Shown here: in pieces, positions 12,590 through 26,089 of the stretch
Position numbering within the stretch: the first letter of the stretch is position 1
Layout: every line of letters begins with the position of its first letter
Source of the DNA: the human T2T-CHM13v2.0 reference genome, Homo sapiens
Strand: one strand, 5' to 3'
Assembly: GCF_009914755.1 (NCBI RefSeq)
Contig: NC_060937.1
DNA: 64,000 nt
The notes under the pieces: model-generated
Told to the model about the DNA's origin: nothing
Database searches by the model: none
Seen by the model: only the letters and a program-made list of their open reading frames with translations
Made by a program: the position numbers and the translations under genes

Positions 12590-15500
12590 CACCAGATATA
12601 TATTCTATAGTGTACATAAAATAGCAAAGTACACAAACTATCCATTATATACTGTACATAAAATATGAAATTACATCAAATATATATTAGGTACATAAAA
12701 TATGAATGTACATCAAATATAGATTATATACTGTACATAAAACATCAATGTACCCCAAATATATATTTTATACTGTACATGAAATATCAAAGTTCACAAA
12801 CCATATATTATATACTGTACATAAAATATCAAAGTACCCAAGCTATATATTCTATACTGCACAAAAAATATCAAAGTACCCAAAGCATGTATTATATACT
12901 GTATATAAAATATGAAAGTACATCAAATATATATTTTATTCTGTACATAAAATATCAAAGTACACCAGATATATATTCTATAGAGTACATAAAATATCAA
13001 AGTACCCAAACTATACATTATATACTGTACATAAAATATGAAATTACATCAAATATATATTATATTAGGTACATAAAATATGAAAGTACATCAAATATAG
13101 ATTACATACTGTACATTAAATACCAAAGTACCCCGAATATATATTTTATACTGTACATGAAATATCAAAGTTCACACACTATATATTATATACTGTACAT
13201 AAAATATCAAAGTACCCAAGTTATATATTCTATACTGTACAAAAAATATCAAAGTACCCAAAGCATGTATTATATACTGTACATAAAATAGGAAAGTACA
13301 TCAAATATATATTTTATTCTGTACATAATGTATCAAAGTACACCAGACATATATTCTATAGAGTACATAAAATATCAAAGTACCCAAACTATACATTATA
13401 TACTGTACATAAAATATGAAATTACATCAAATATATATTATATTAGGTACATAAAATATGAAAGTACATCAAATATAGATTATATACTGTCCATAAAATA
13501 TCAATGTACCCAAGGTATATATTCTATACTGTACATGAAATATCAAAGTTCACAAACTATATATTATATACTGTACATAAAATATCAAAGTACCCAAGGT
13601 ATATATTGTATACTGTACAAAAGATATCAAAGTACCCAAAGCATGTATTATATACTGTACATAAAATTTGAAATTACATCAAATATATATTTTATTCTGT
13701 ACATAAAATATCAAAGTACACCAGACATATGTTCTATAGTGTACATAAAATATCAAAGTACGCAAACTATACATTATATACTGTACATAAAATATGAAAT
13801 TACATCAAATATATATTATATTAGGTACATAAAATATGAAAGTACATCAAATATAGATTATATACTGTACATAAAATATCAAAGTACCCCAAATATATAT
13901 TATATACTCTACATGAAATATCAAAGTTAACAAACTATATATTATATACTGTACATAAAATATCAAAGTACCCAAGGTATATATTCTATACTGTACAAAA
14001 AATATCAAAGTACCCAAAGCATGTATTATATACTGTATATAAAATATGAAAGTACATCAAATATATATTGGGTACATAAAATATGAAAGTACATCAAATA
14101 TAGATTATATACTGTCCATGAAATATCAAAGTACCCAAGGTATATATTCTATACTGTACAAAAAATATCAAAGTACCCAAAGCATGTATTATATACTGTA
14201 CATAAAATATGAAAGTACATCAAATATATATTTTATTCTGTACATAAAATATCAAAGTACACCAGATATGTATTCTATAGTGTGCATAAAATAACAAAGT
14301 ACACACACTATAAATTATATACTGTACATAAAATATGAAATTACATCAAATATATATTAGGTACATAAAATATGAAAGTACATCAAATATAGATTATATA
14401 CTGTACATAAAATATCAATGTACCCCAAATATATATTTTATACTCTACATGAAATATCAAAGTTCACAAACCATATATTACATACTGTACATATAATATC
14501 AAAGTACCCAAGGTATATATTCTATACTGTACAAAAAATATCAAAGTACCCAAAGCATGTATTATATACTGTACATAAAATATGAAAGTACATCAAATAT
14601 ATATTTTATTCTGTACGTAAAATATCAAAGTACACCAGGTATATATTCTATAGTGTGCATAAAATATCAAAGTACCCAAACTATAAATTATATACTGTAC
14701 ATAAAATATGAAATTACATCAAATATATATTATATTAGGTACATAAAATATGAAAGTACATCAAATATAGATTATATACTGTCCATAAAATATCAAAGTA
14801 CCCAAGGTATATATTCTATACTGTACAAAAAATATCAAAGTACCCAAAGCATGTATTATATACTGTACATAAAATATGAAAGTACATCAAATATATATTT
14901 TATTCTGTACGTAAAATATCAAAGTACACCAGGTATATATTCTATAGTGTGCATAAAATAACAAAGTACACAAACTATAAATTATATACTGTACATAAAA
15001 AATGAAATTACATCAAATATATATTAGGTACATAAAATATGAAAGTACATCACATATAGATTATATTCTGTACATAAAATATCAATGAACCCCAAATATA
15101 TATTTTATACTCTACATGAGATATCAAAGTTCACAAACCATATATTATATACTATACATAAAATATCAAAGTACCAAAGGTATATATTCTATACTGTACA
15201 AAAAATATCAAAGTACCCAAAGCATGTATTATATACTGTACATAAAATATGAAAGTACATCAAATATATATTTTATTCTGTACATAAAATATCAAAGTAC
15301 ACCAGGTATATATTCTATAGTGTGCATAAAATAACAAAGTACACACACTATAAATTATATACTGTACATAAAATATGAAATTACATCAAACATATATTAG
15401 GTACATAAAATATGAAAGTACATCAAATATAGATTATATACTGTACATAAAATATCAATGTACCCCAAATATATATTTTATACTCTACATGAGATATCAA

Positions 15501-16711
15501 AGTTCACAAACCATATATTATATACTATACATAAAATATCAAAGTACCCAAGGTATATATTCTATACTGTACAAAAAATATCAAACTACCCAAAGCATGT
15601 ATTATATACTGTACATAATATATGAAAGTACATCAATTATATATTTTATTCTGTACACAAAATAACAAAGTACACCAGATATATATTCTATAGTGTACAT
15701 AAAATATCAAAGTACCCAAACTATGCATTATATACTGTACATAAAATATGAAATTACATCAAATATATATTAGGTACATAAAATATGAAAGTTCATCAAA
15801 TATAGATTATATACTGTACATAAAATATCAAAGTACCCCAAATATATATTATATACTCTACATGAAATATCAAAGTTCACAAACTATATATTATATACTG
15901 TACATAAAATATCAAAGTACCCAAGGTATATATTGTATACTGTACAAAAAATATCAAAGTACCCAAAGCATGTATTATATACTGTACATAAAATATGAAA
16001 GTACATCAAATATATATTTTATTCTGTACATAAAATATCAAAGTACACCAGATATATATTCTATAGTGTACATAAAATAACAAAGTACACAAACTATAAA
16101 TTATATACTGTACATAAAATATGAAATTACATCAAATATATATTAGGTACATAAAATATGAAAGTACATCACATATAGATTATATACTGTACATAAAATA
16201 TCAATGTACCCCAAATATATATTTTATACTCTACATGAAATATAAAAGTTCACAAACCATATATTATATACTGTACATAAAATATCAAAGTACCCAAGGT
16301 ATATATTGTATACTGTATAAAAAATATCAAAGTACCCAAAGCATGTATTATATATGGTACATAAAATATGAAAGTACATCAAATATATATTTTATTCTGT
16401 ACATAAAATATCAAAGTACACCAGATATACATTCTATAGTGTACATAAAATATCAAAGTACCCAAACTATACATTATATACTGCACATAAAATGTGAAAT
16501 TACATCAAATATATATTATATTAGGTACAAAAATATGAAAGTACATCAAATATAGATTATATACTGTCCATAAAATATCAATGTACCCAAGGTATATATT
16601 CTATACTGTACAAAAAATATCAAAGTACCCAAAGCATGTATTATATACTGTACATAAAATATGAAAGTACATCAAATATATATTTTATTCTGTACATAAA
16701 ATATCAAAGTA
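12590..16711 (+). repeat. 4122-bp macro-repeat, copy 1 (12 HOR units, 99 monomers)
   Basis: Unit lengths between M9 starts 12688 and 16810 are 378,378,378,247,289,378,289,373,373,373,378,288, summing to 4122. All ORFs recur identically at +4122 (12665/16787, 13328/17450, 14046/18168, 16121/20243). Confidence 0.92.
12688..13065 (+). repeat. Representative full-length 378-bp (9x42) HOR
   Basis: Successive M9 starts (TAGGTAC) at 12688, 13066, 13444 and 13822 are 378 bp apart. M8 ends ..ATATATATTATAT, i.e. a full 42 bp. Confidence 0.93.
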
Positions 16712-19700
16712 CACCAGATATATATTCTATAGTGTACATAAAATAGCAAAGTACACAAACTATCCATTATATACTGTACATAAAATATGAAATTACATCA
16801 AATATATATTAGGTACATAAAATATGAATGTACATCAAATATAGATTATATACTGTACATAAAACATCAATGTACCCCAAATATATATTTTATACTGTAC
16901 ATGAAATATCAAAGTTCACAAACCATATATTATATACTGTACATAAAATATCAAAGTACCCAAGCTATATATTCTATACTGCACAAAAAATATCAAAGTA
17001 CCCAAAGCATGTATTATATACTGTATATAAAATATGAAAGTACATCAAATATATATTTTATTCTGTACATAAAATATCAAAGTACACCAGATATATATTC
17101 TATAGAGTACATAAAATATCAAAGTACCCAAACTATACATTATATACTGTACATAAAATATGAAATTACATCAAATATATATTATATTAGGTACATAAAA
17201 TATGAAAGTACATCAAATATAGATTACATACTGTACATTAAATACCAAAGTACCCCGAATATATATTTTATACTGTACATGAAATATCAAAGTTCACACA
17301 CTATATATTATATACTGTACATAAAATATCAAAGTACCCAAGTTATATATTCTATACTGTACAAAAAATATCAAAGTACCCAAAGCATGTATTATATACT
17401 GTACATAAAATAGGAAAGTACATCAAATATATATTTTATTCTGTACATAATGTATCAAAGTACACCAGACATATATTCTATAGAGTACATAAAATATCAA
17501 AGTACCCAAACTATACATTATATACTGTACATAAAATATGAAATTACATCAAATATATATTATATTAGGTACATAAAATATGAAAGTACATCAAATATAG
17601 ATTATATACTGTCCATAAAATATCAATGTACCCAAGGTATATATTCTATACTGTACATGAAATATCAAAGTTCACAAACTATATATTATATACTGTACAT
17701 AAAATATCAAAGTACCCAAGGTATATATTGTATACTGTACAAAAGATATCAAAGTACCCAAAGCATGTATTATATACTGTACATAAAATTTGAAATTACA
17801 TCAAATATATATTTTATTCTGTACATAAAATATCAAAGTACACCAGACATATGTTCTATAGTGTACATAAAATATCAAAGTACGCAAACTATACATTATA
17901 TACTGTACATAAAATATGAAATTACATCAAATATATATTATATTAGGTACATAAAATATGAAAGTACATCAAATATAGATTATATACTGTACATAAAATA
18001 TCAAAGTACCCCAAATATATATTATATACTCTACATGAAATATCAAAGTTAACAAACTATATATTATATACTGTACATAAAATATCAAAGTACCCAAGGT
18101 ATATATTCTATACTGTACAAAAAATATCAAAGTACCCAAAGCATGTATTATATACTGTATATAAAATATGAAAGTACATCAAATATATATTGGGTACATA
18201 AAATATGAAAGTACATCAAATATAGATTATATACTGTCCATGAAATATCAAAGTACCCAAGGTATATATTCTATACTGTACAAAAAATATCAAAGTACCC
18301 AAAGCATGTATTATATACTGTACATAAAATATGAAAGTACATCAAATATATATTTTATTCTGTACATAAAATATCAAAGTACACCAGATATGTATTCTAT
18401 AGTGTGCATAAAATAACAAAGTACACACACTATAAATTATATACTGTACATAAAATATGAAATTACATCAAATATATATTAGGTACATAAAATATGAAAG
18501 TACATCAAATATAGATTATATACTGTACATAAAATATCAATGTACCCCAAATATATATTTTATACTCTACATGAAATATCAAAGTTCACAAACCATATAT
18601 TACATACTGTACATATAATATCAAAGTACCCAAGGTATATATTCTATACTGTACAAAAAATATCAAAGTACCCAAAGCATGTATTATATACTGTACATAA
18701 AATATGAAAGTACATCAAATATATATTTTATTCTGTACGTAAAATATCAAAGTACACCAGGTATATATTCTATAGTGTGCATAAAATATCAAAGTACCCA
18801 AACTATAAATTATATACTGTACATAAAATATGAAATTACATCAAATATATATTATATTAGGTACATAAAATATGAAAGTACATCAAATATAGATTATATA
18901 CTGTCCATAAAATATCAAAGTACCCAAGGTATATATTCTATACTGTACAAAAAATATCAAAGTACCCAAAGCATGTATTATATACTGTACATAAAATATG
19001 AAAGTACATCAAATATATATTTTATTCTGTACGTAAAATATCAAAGTACACCAGGTATATATTCTATAGTGTGCATAAAATAACAAAGTACACAAACTAT
19101 AAATTATATACTGTACATAAAAAATGAAATTACATCAAATATATATTAGGTACATAAAATATGAAAGTACATCACATATAGATTATATTCTGTACATAAA
19201 ATATCAATGAACCCCAAATATATATTTTATACTCTACATGAGATATCAAAGTTCACAAACCATATATTATATACTATACATAAAATATCAAAGTACCAAA
19301 GGTATATATTCTATACTGTACAAAAAATATCAAAGTACCCAAAGCATGTATTATATACTGTACATAAAATATGAAAGTACATCAAATATATATTTTATTC
19401 TGTACATAAAATATCAAAGTACACCAGGTATATATTCTATAGTGTGCATAAAATAACAAAGTACACACACTATAAATTATATACTGTACATAAAATATGA
19501 AATTACATCAAACATATATTAGGTACATAAAATATGAAAGTACATCAAATATAGATTATATACTGTACATAAAATATCAATGTACCCCAAATATATATTT
19601 TATACTCTACATGAGATATCAAAGTTCACAAACCATATATTATATACTATACATAAAATATCAAAGTACCCAAGGTATATATTCTATACTGTACAAAAAA

Positions 19701-20833
19701 TATCAAACTACCCAAAGCATGTATTATATACTGTACATAATATATGAAAGTACATCAATTATATATTTTATTCTGTACACAAAATAACAAAGTACACCAG
19801 ATATATATTCTATAGTGTACATAAAATATCAAAGTACCCAAACTATGCATTATATACTGTACATAAAATATGAAATTACATCAAATATATATTAGGTACA
19901 TAAAATATGAAAGTTCATCAAATATAGATTATATACTGTACATAAAATATCAAAGTACCCCAAATATATATTATATACTCTACATGAAATATCAAAGTTC
20001 ACAAACTATATATTATATACTGTACATAAAATATCAAAGTACCCAAGGTATATATTGTATACTGTACAAAAAATATCAAAGTACCCAAAGCATGTATTAT
20101 ATACTGTACATAAAATATGAAAGTACATCAAATATATATTTTATTCTGTACATAAAATATCAAAGTACACCAGATATATATTCTATAGTGTACATAAAAT
20201 AACAAAGTACACAAACTATAAATTATATACTGTACATAAAATATGAAATTACATCAAATATATATTAGGTACATAAAATATGAAAGTACATCACATATAG
20301 ATTATATACTGTACATAAAATATCAATGTACCCCAAATATATATTTTATACTCTACATGAAATATAAAAGTTCACAAACCATATATTATATACTGTACAT
20401 AAAATATCAAAGTACCCAAGGTATATATTGTATACTGTATAAAAAATATCAAAGTACCCAAAGCATGTATTATATATGGTACATAAAATATGAAAGTACA
20501 TCAAATATATATTTTATTCTGTACATAAAATATCAAAGTACACCAGATATACATTCTATAGTGTACATAAAATATCAAAGTACCCAAACTATACATTATA
20601 TACTGCACATAAAATGTGAAATTACATCAAATATATATTATATTAGGTACAAAAATATGAAAGTACATCAAATATAGATTATATACTGTCCATAAAATAT
20701 CAATGTACCCAAGGTATATATTCTATACTGTACAAAAAATATCAAAGTACCCAAAGCATGTATTATATACTGTACATAAAATATGAAAGTACATCAAATA
20801 TATATTTTATTCTGTACATAAAATATCAAAGTA
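16712..20833 (+). repeat. 4122-bp macro-repeat, copy 2
   Basis: Identical ORF translations and the same private variants (TAGCAAAG, TAGGAAAG, TTGGGTAC, GAGATATC, ATGGTAC, AATGTGAAAT) at +4122. Confidence 0.92.
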
Positions 20834-21500
20834 CACCAGATATATATTCTATAGTGTACATAAAATAGCAAAGTACACAAACTATCCATTATATACTGTA
20901 CATAAAATATGAAATTACATCAAATATATATTAGGTACATAAAATATGAATGTACATCAAATATAGATTATATACTGTACATAAAACATCAATGTACCCC
21001 AAATATATATTTTATACTGTACATGAAATATCAAAGTTCACAAACCATATATTATATACTGTACATAAAATATCAAAGTACCCAAGCTATATATTCTATA
21101 CTGCACAAAAAATATCAAAGTACCCAAAGCATGTATTATATACTGTATATAAAATATGAAAGTACATCAAATATATATTTTATTCTGTACATAAAATATC
21201 AAAGTACACCAGATATATATTCTATAGAGTACATAAAATATCAAAGTACCCAAACTATACATTATATACTGTACATAAAATATGAAATTACATCAAATAT
21301 ATATTATATTAGGTACATAAAATATGAAAGTACATCAAATATAGATTATATACTGTCCATAAAATATCAATGTACCCAAGGTATATATTCTATACTGTAC
21401 AAAAAATATCAAAGTACCCAAAGCATGTATTATATACTGTACATAAAATATGAAAGTACATCAAATATATATTTTATTCTGTACATAAAATATCAAAGTA
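20834..21500 (+). repeat. 667-bp internally deleted copy of the macro-repeat (first HOR fused to the last 7-mer)
   Basis: ORF starts 20909 and 21576 are 667 bp apart. The segment holds the unit-1 variants (GAATGTAC, AAAACATCAATG, CAAGCTAT) followed directly by the CTGTCCATA 7-mer ending in TAGCAAAG/CTATCCATT. Confidence 0.85.
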
Positions 21501-24500
21501 CACCAGATATATATTCTATAGTGTACATAAAATAGCAAAGTACACAAACTATCCATTATATACTGTACATAAAATATGAAATTACATCAAATATATATTA
21601 GGTACATAAAATATGAATGTACATCAAATATAGATTATATACTGTACATAAAACATCAATGTACCCCAAATATATATTTTATACTGTACATGAAATATCA
21701 AAGTTCACAAACCATATATTATATACTGTACATAAAATATCAAAGTACCCAAGCTATATATTCTATACTGCACAAAAAATATCAAAGTACCCAAAGCATG
21801 TATTATATACTGTATATAAAATATGAAAGTACATCAAATATATATTTTATTCTGTACATAAAATATCAAAGTACACCAGATATATATTCTATAGAGTACA
21901 TAAAATATCAAAGTACCCAAACTATACATTATATACTGTACATAAAATATGAAATTACATCAAATATATATTATATTAGGTACATAAAATATGAAAGTAC
22001 ATCAAATATAGATTATATACTGTCCATAAAATATCAATGTACCCAAGGTATATATTCTATACTGTACATGAAATATCAAAGTTCACAAACTATATATTAT
22101 ATACTGTACATAAAATATCAAAGTACCCAAGGTATATATTGTATACTGTACAAAAGATATCAAAGTACCCAAAGCATGTATTATATACTGTACATAAAAT
22201 TTGAAATTACATCAAATATATATTTTATTCTGTACATAAAATATCAAAGTACACCAGACATATGTTCTATAGTGTACATAAAATATCAAAGTACGCAAAC
22301 AATACATTATATACTGTACATAAAATATGAAATTACATCAAATATATATTATATTAGGTACATAAAATATGAAAGTACATCAAATATAGATTATATACTG
22401 TACATAAAATATCAAAGTACCCCAAATATATATTATATACTCTACATGAAATATCAAAGTTAACAAACTATATATTATATACTGTACATAAAATATCAAA
22501 GTACCCAAGGTATATATTCTATACTGTACAAAAAATATCAAAGTACCCAAAGCATGTATTATATACTGTATATAAAATATGAAAGTACATCAAATATATA
22601 TTGGGTACATAAAATATGAAAGTACATCAAATATAGATTATATACTGTCCATGAAATATCAAAGTACCCAAGGTATATATTCTATACTGTACAAAAAATA
22701 TCAAAGTACCCAAAGCATGTATTATATACTGTACATAAAATATGAAAGTACATCAAATATATATTTTATTCTGTACATAAAATATCAAAGTACACCAGAT
22801 ATGTATTCTATAGTGTGCATAAAATAACAAAGTACACACACTATAAATTATATACTGTACATAAAATATGAAATTACATCAAATATATATTAGGTACATA
22901 AAATATGAAAGTACATCAAATATAGATTATATACTGTACATAAAATATCAATGTACCCCAAATATATATTTTATACTCTACATGAAATATCAAAGTTCAC
23001 AAACCATATATTACATACTGTACATATAATATCAAAGTACCCAAGGTATATATTCTATACTGTACAAAAAATATCAAAGTACCCAAAGCATGTATTATAT
23101 ACTGTACATAAAATATGAAAGTACATCAAATATATATTTTATTCTGTACGTAAAATATCAAAGTACACCAGGTATATATTCTATAGTGTGCATAAAATAT
23201 CAAAGTACCCAAACTATAAATTATATACTGTACATAAAATATGAAATTACATCAAATATATATTATATTAGGTACATAAAATATGAAAGTACATCAAATA
23301 TAGATTATATACTGTCCATAAAATATCAAAGTACCCAAGGTATATATTCTATACTGTACAAAAAATATCAAAGTACCCAAAGCATGTATTATATACTGTA
23401 CATAAAATATGAAAGTACATCAAATATATATTTTATTCTGTACGTAAAATATCAAAGTACACCAGGTATATATTCTATAGTGTGCATAAAATAACAAAGT
23501 ACACAAACTATAAATTATATACTGTACATAAAAAATGAAATTACATCAAATATATATTAGGTACATAAAATATGAAAGTACATCACATATAGATTATATT
23601 CTGTACATAAAATATCAATGAACCCCAAATATATATTTTATACTCTACATGAGATATCAAAGTTCACAAACCATATATTATATACTATACATAAAATATC
23701 AAAGTACCAAAGGTATATATTCTATACTGTACAAAAAATATCAAAGTACCCAAAGCATGTATTATATACTGTACATAAAATATGAAAGTACATCAAATAT
23801 ATATTTTATTCTGTACATAAAATATCAAAGTACACCAGGTATATATTCTATAGTGTGCATAAAATAACAAAGTACACACACTATAAATTATATACTGTAC
23901 ATAAAATATGAAATTACATCAAACATATATTAGGTACATAAAATATGAAAGTACATCAAATATAGATTATATACTGTACATAAAATATCAATGTACCCCA
24001 AATATATATTTTATACTCTACATGAGATATCAAAGTTCACAAACCATATATTATATACTATACATAAAATATCAAAGTACCCAAGGTATATATTCTATAC
24101 TGTACAAAAAATATCAAACTACCCAAAGCATGTATTATATACTGTACATAATATATGAAAGTACATCAATTATATATTTTATTCTGTACACAAAATAACA
24201 AAGTACACCAGATATATATTCTATAGTGTACATAAAATATCAAAGTACCCAAACTATGCATTATATACTGTACATAAAATATGAAATTACATCAAATATA
24301 TATTAGGTACATAAAATATGAAAGTTCATCAAATATAGATTATATACTGTACATAAAATATCAAAGTACCCCAAATATATATTATATACTCTACATGAAA
24401 TATCAAAGTTCACAAACTATATATTATATACTGTACATAAAATATCAAAGTACCCAAGGTATATATTGTATACTGTACAAAAAATATCAAAGTACCCAAA

Positions 24501-25244
24501 GCATGTATTATATACTGTACATAAAATATGAAAGTACATCAAATATATATTTTATTCTGTACATAAAATATCAAAGTACACCAGATATATATTCTATAGT
24601 GTACATAAAATAACAAAGTACTCAAACTATAAATTATATACTGTACATAAAATATGAAATTACATCAAATATATATTAGGTACATAAAATATGAAAGTAC
24701 ATCACATATAGATTATATACTGTACATAAAATATCAATGTACCCCAAATATATATTTTATACTCTACATGAAATATAAAAGTTCACAAACCATATATTAT
24801 ATACTGTACATAAAATATCAAAGTACCCAAGGTATATATTGTATACTGTATAAAAAATATCAAAGTACCCAAAGCATGTATTATATATGGTACATAAAAT
24901 ATGAAAGTACATCAAATATATATTTTATTCTGTACATAAAATATCAAAGTACACCAGATATACATTCTATAGTGTACATAAAATATCAAAGTACCCAAAC
25001 TATACATTATATACTGCACATAAAATGTGAAATTACATCAAATATATATTATATTAGGTACAAAAATATGAAAGTACATCAAATATAGATTATATACTGT
25101 CCATAAAATATCAATGTACCCAAGGTATATATTCTATACTGTACAAAAAATATCAAAGTACCCAAAGCATGTATTATATACTGTACATAAAATATGAAAG
25201 TACATCAAATATATATTTTATTCTGTACATAAAATATCAAAGTA
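21501..25244 (+). repeat. Macro-repeat copy 3, 3744 bp (lacks one 378-bp HOR)
   Basis: ORF offset from copy 2 is 4411 = 667+4122-378 (18168/22579, 20243/24654). The HOR carrying TAGGAAAG/AATGTATC is absent. Private SNVs near 22291 (CAAACAATAC) and 24622 (TACTCAAAC). Confidence 0.88.
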
Positions 25245-26089
25245 CACCAGGTATATATTCTATAGTGTGCATAAAGTAACAAAGTACACACACTATAAAT
25301 TATATACTGTACATAAAATATGAAATTACATCAAATATATATTAGGTACATAAAATATGAAAGTACATCAAATATAGATTATATACTGTACATAAAATAT
25401 CAATGTACCCAAATATATATTTTATACTCTACATGAGATATCAAAGTTCACAAACCATATATTATATACTATACATAAAATATCAAAGTACCCAAGGTAT
25501 ATATTCTATACTGTACAAAAAATATCAAAGTACCCAAAGCATGTATTATATACTGTACATAATATATGAAAGTACATCAATTATATATTTTCTTCTGTAC
25601 ACAAAATATCAAAGTACACCAGATATATATTCTATAGTGTACATAAAATATCAAAGTACCCAAACTATGCATTATATACTCTACATAAAATATGAAATTA
25701 CATCAAATATATATTAGGTACATAAAATATGAAAGTACATCAAATATAGATTATATACTGTACATAAAATATCAAAGTACCCCAAATATATATTATATAC
25801 TCTACATGAAATATCAAAGTTCACAAACTATATATTATATACTGTACATAAAATATCAAAGTACCCAAGGTATATATTGTATACTGTACAAAAAATATCA
25901 AAGTACCCAAAGCATGTATTATATACTGTACATAAAATATGAAAGTACATCAAATATATATTTTATTCTGTACATAAAATATCAAAGTACACCAGATATA
26001 TATTCTATAGTGTACATAAAATAACAAAGTACCCAAACTATACATTATATACTGTACATAAAATATGAAATTACATCAAATATATATTA

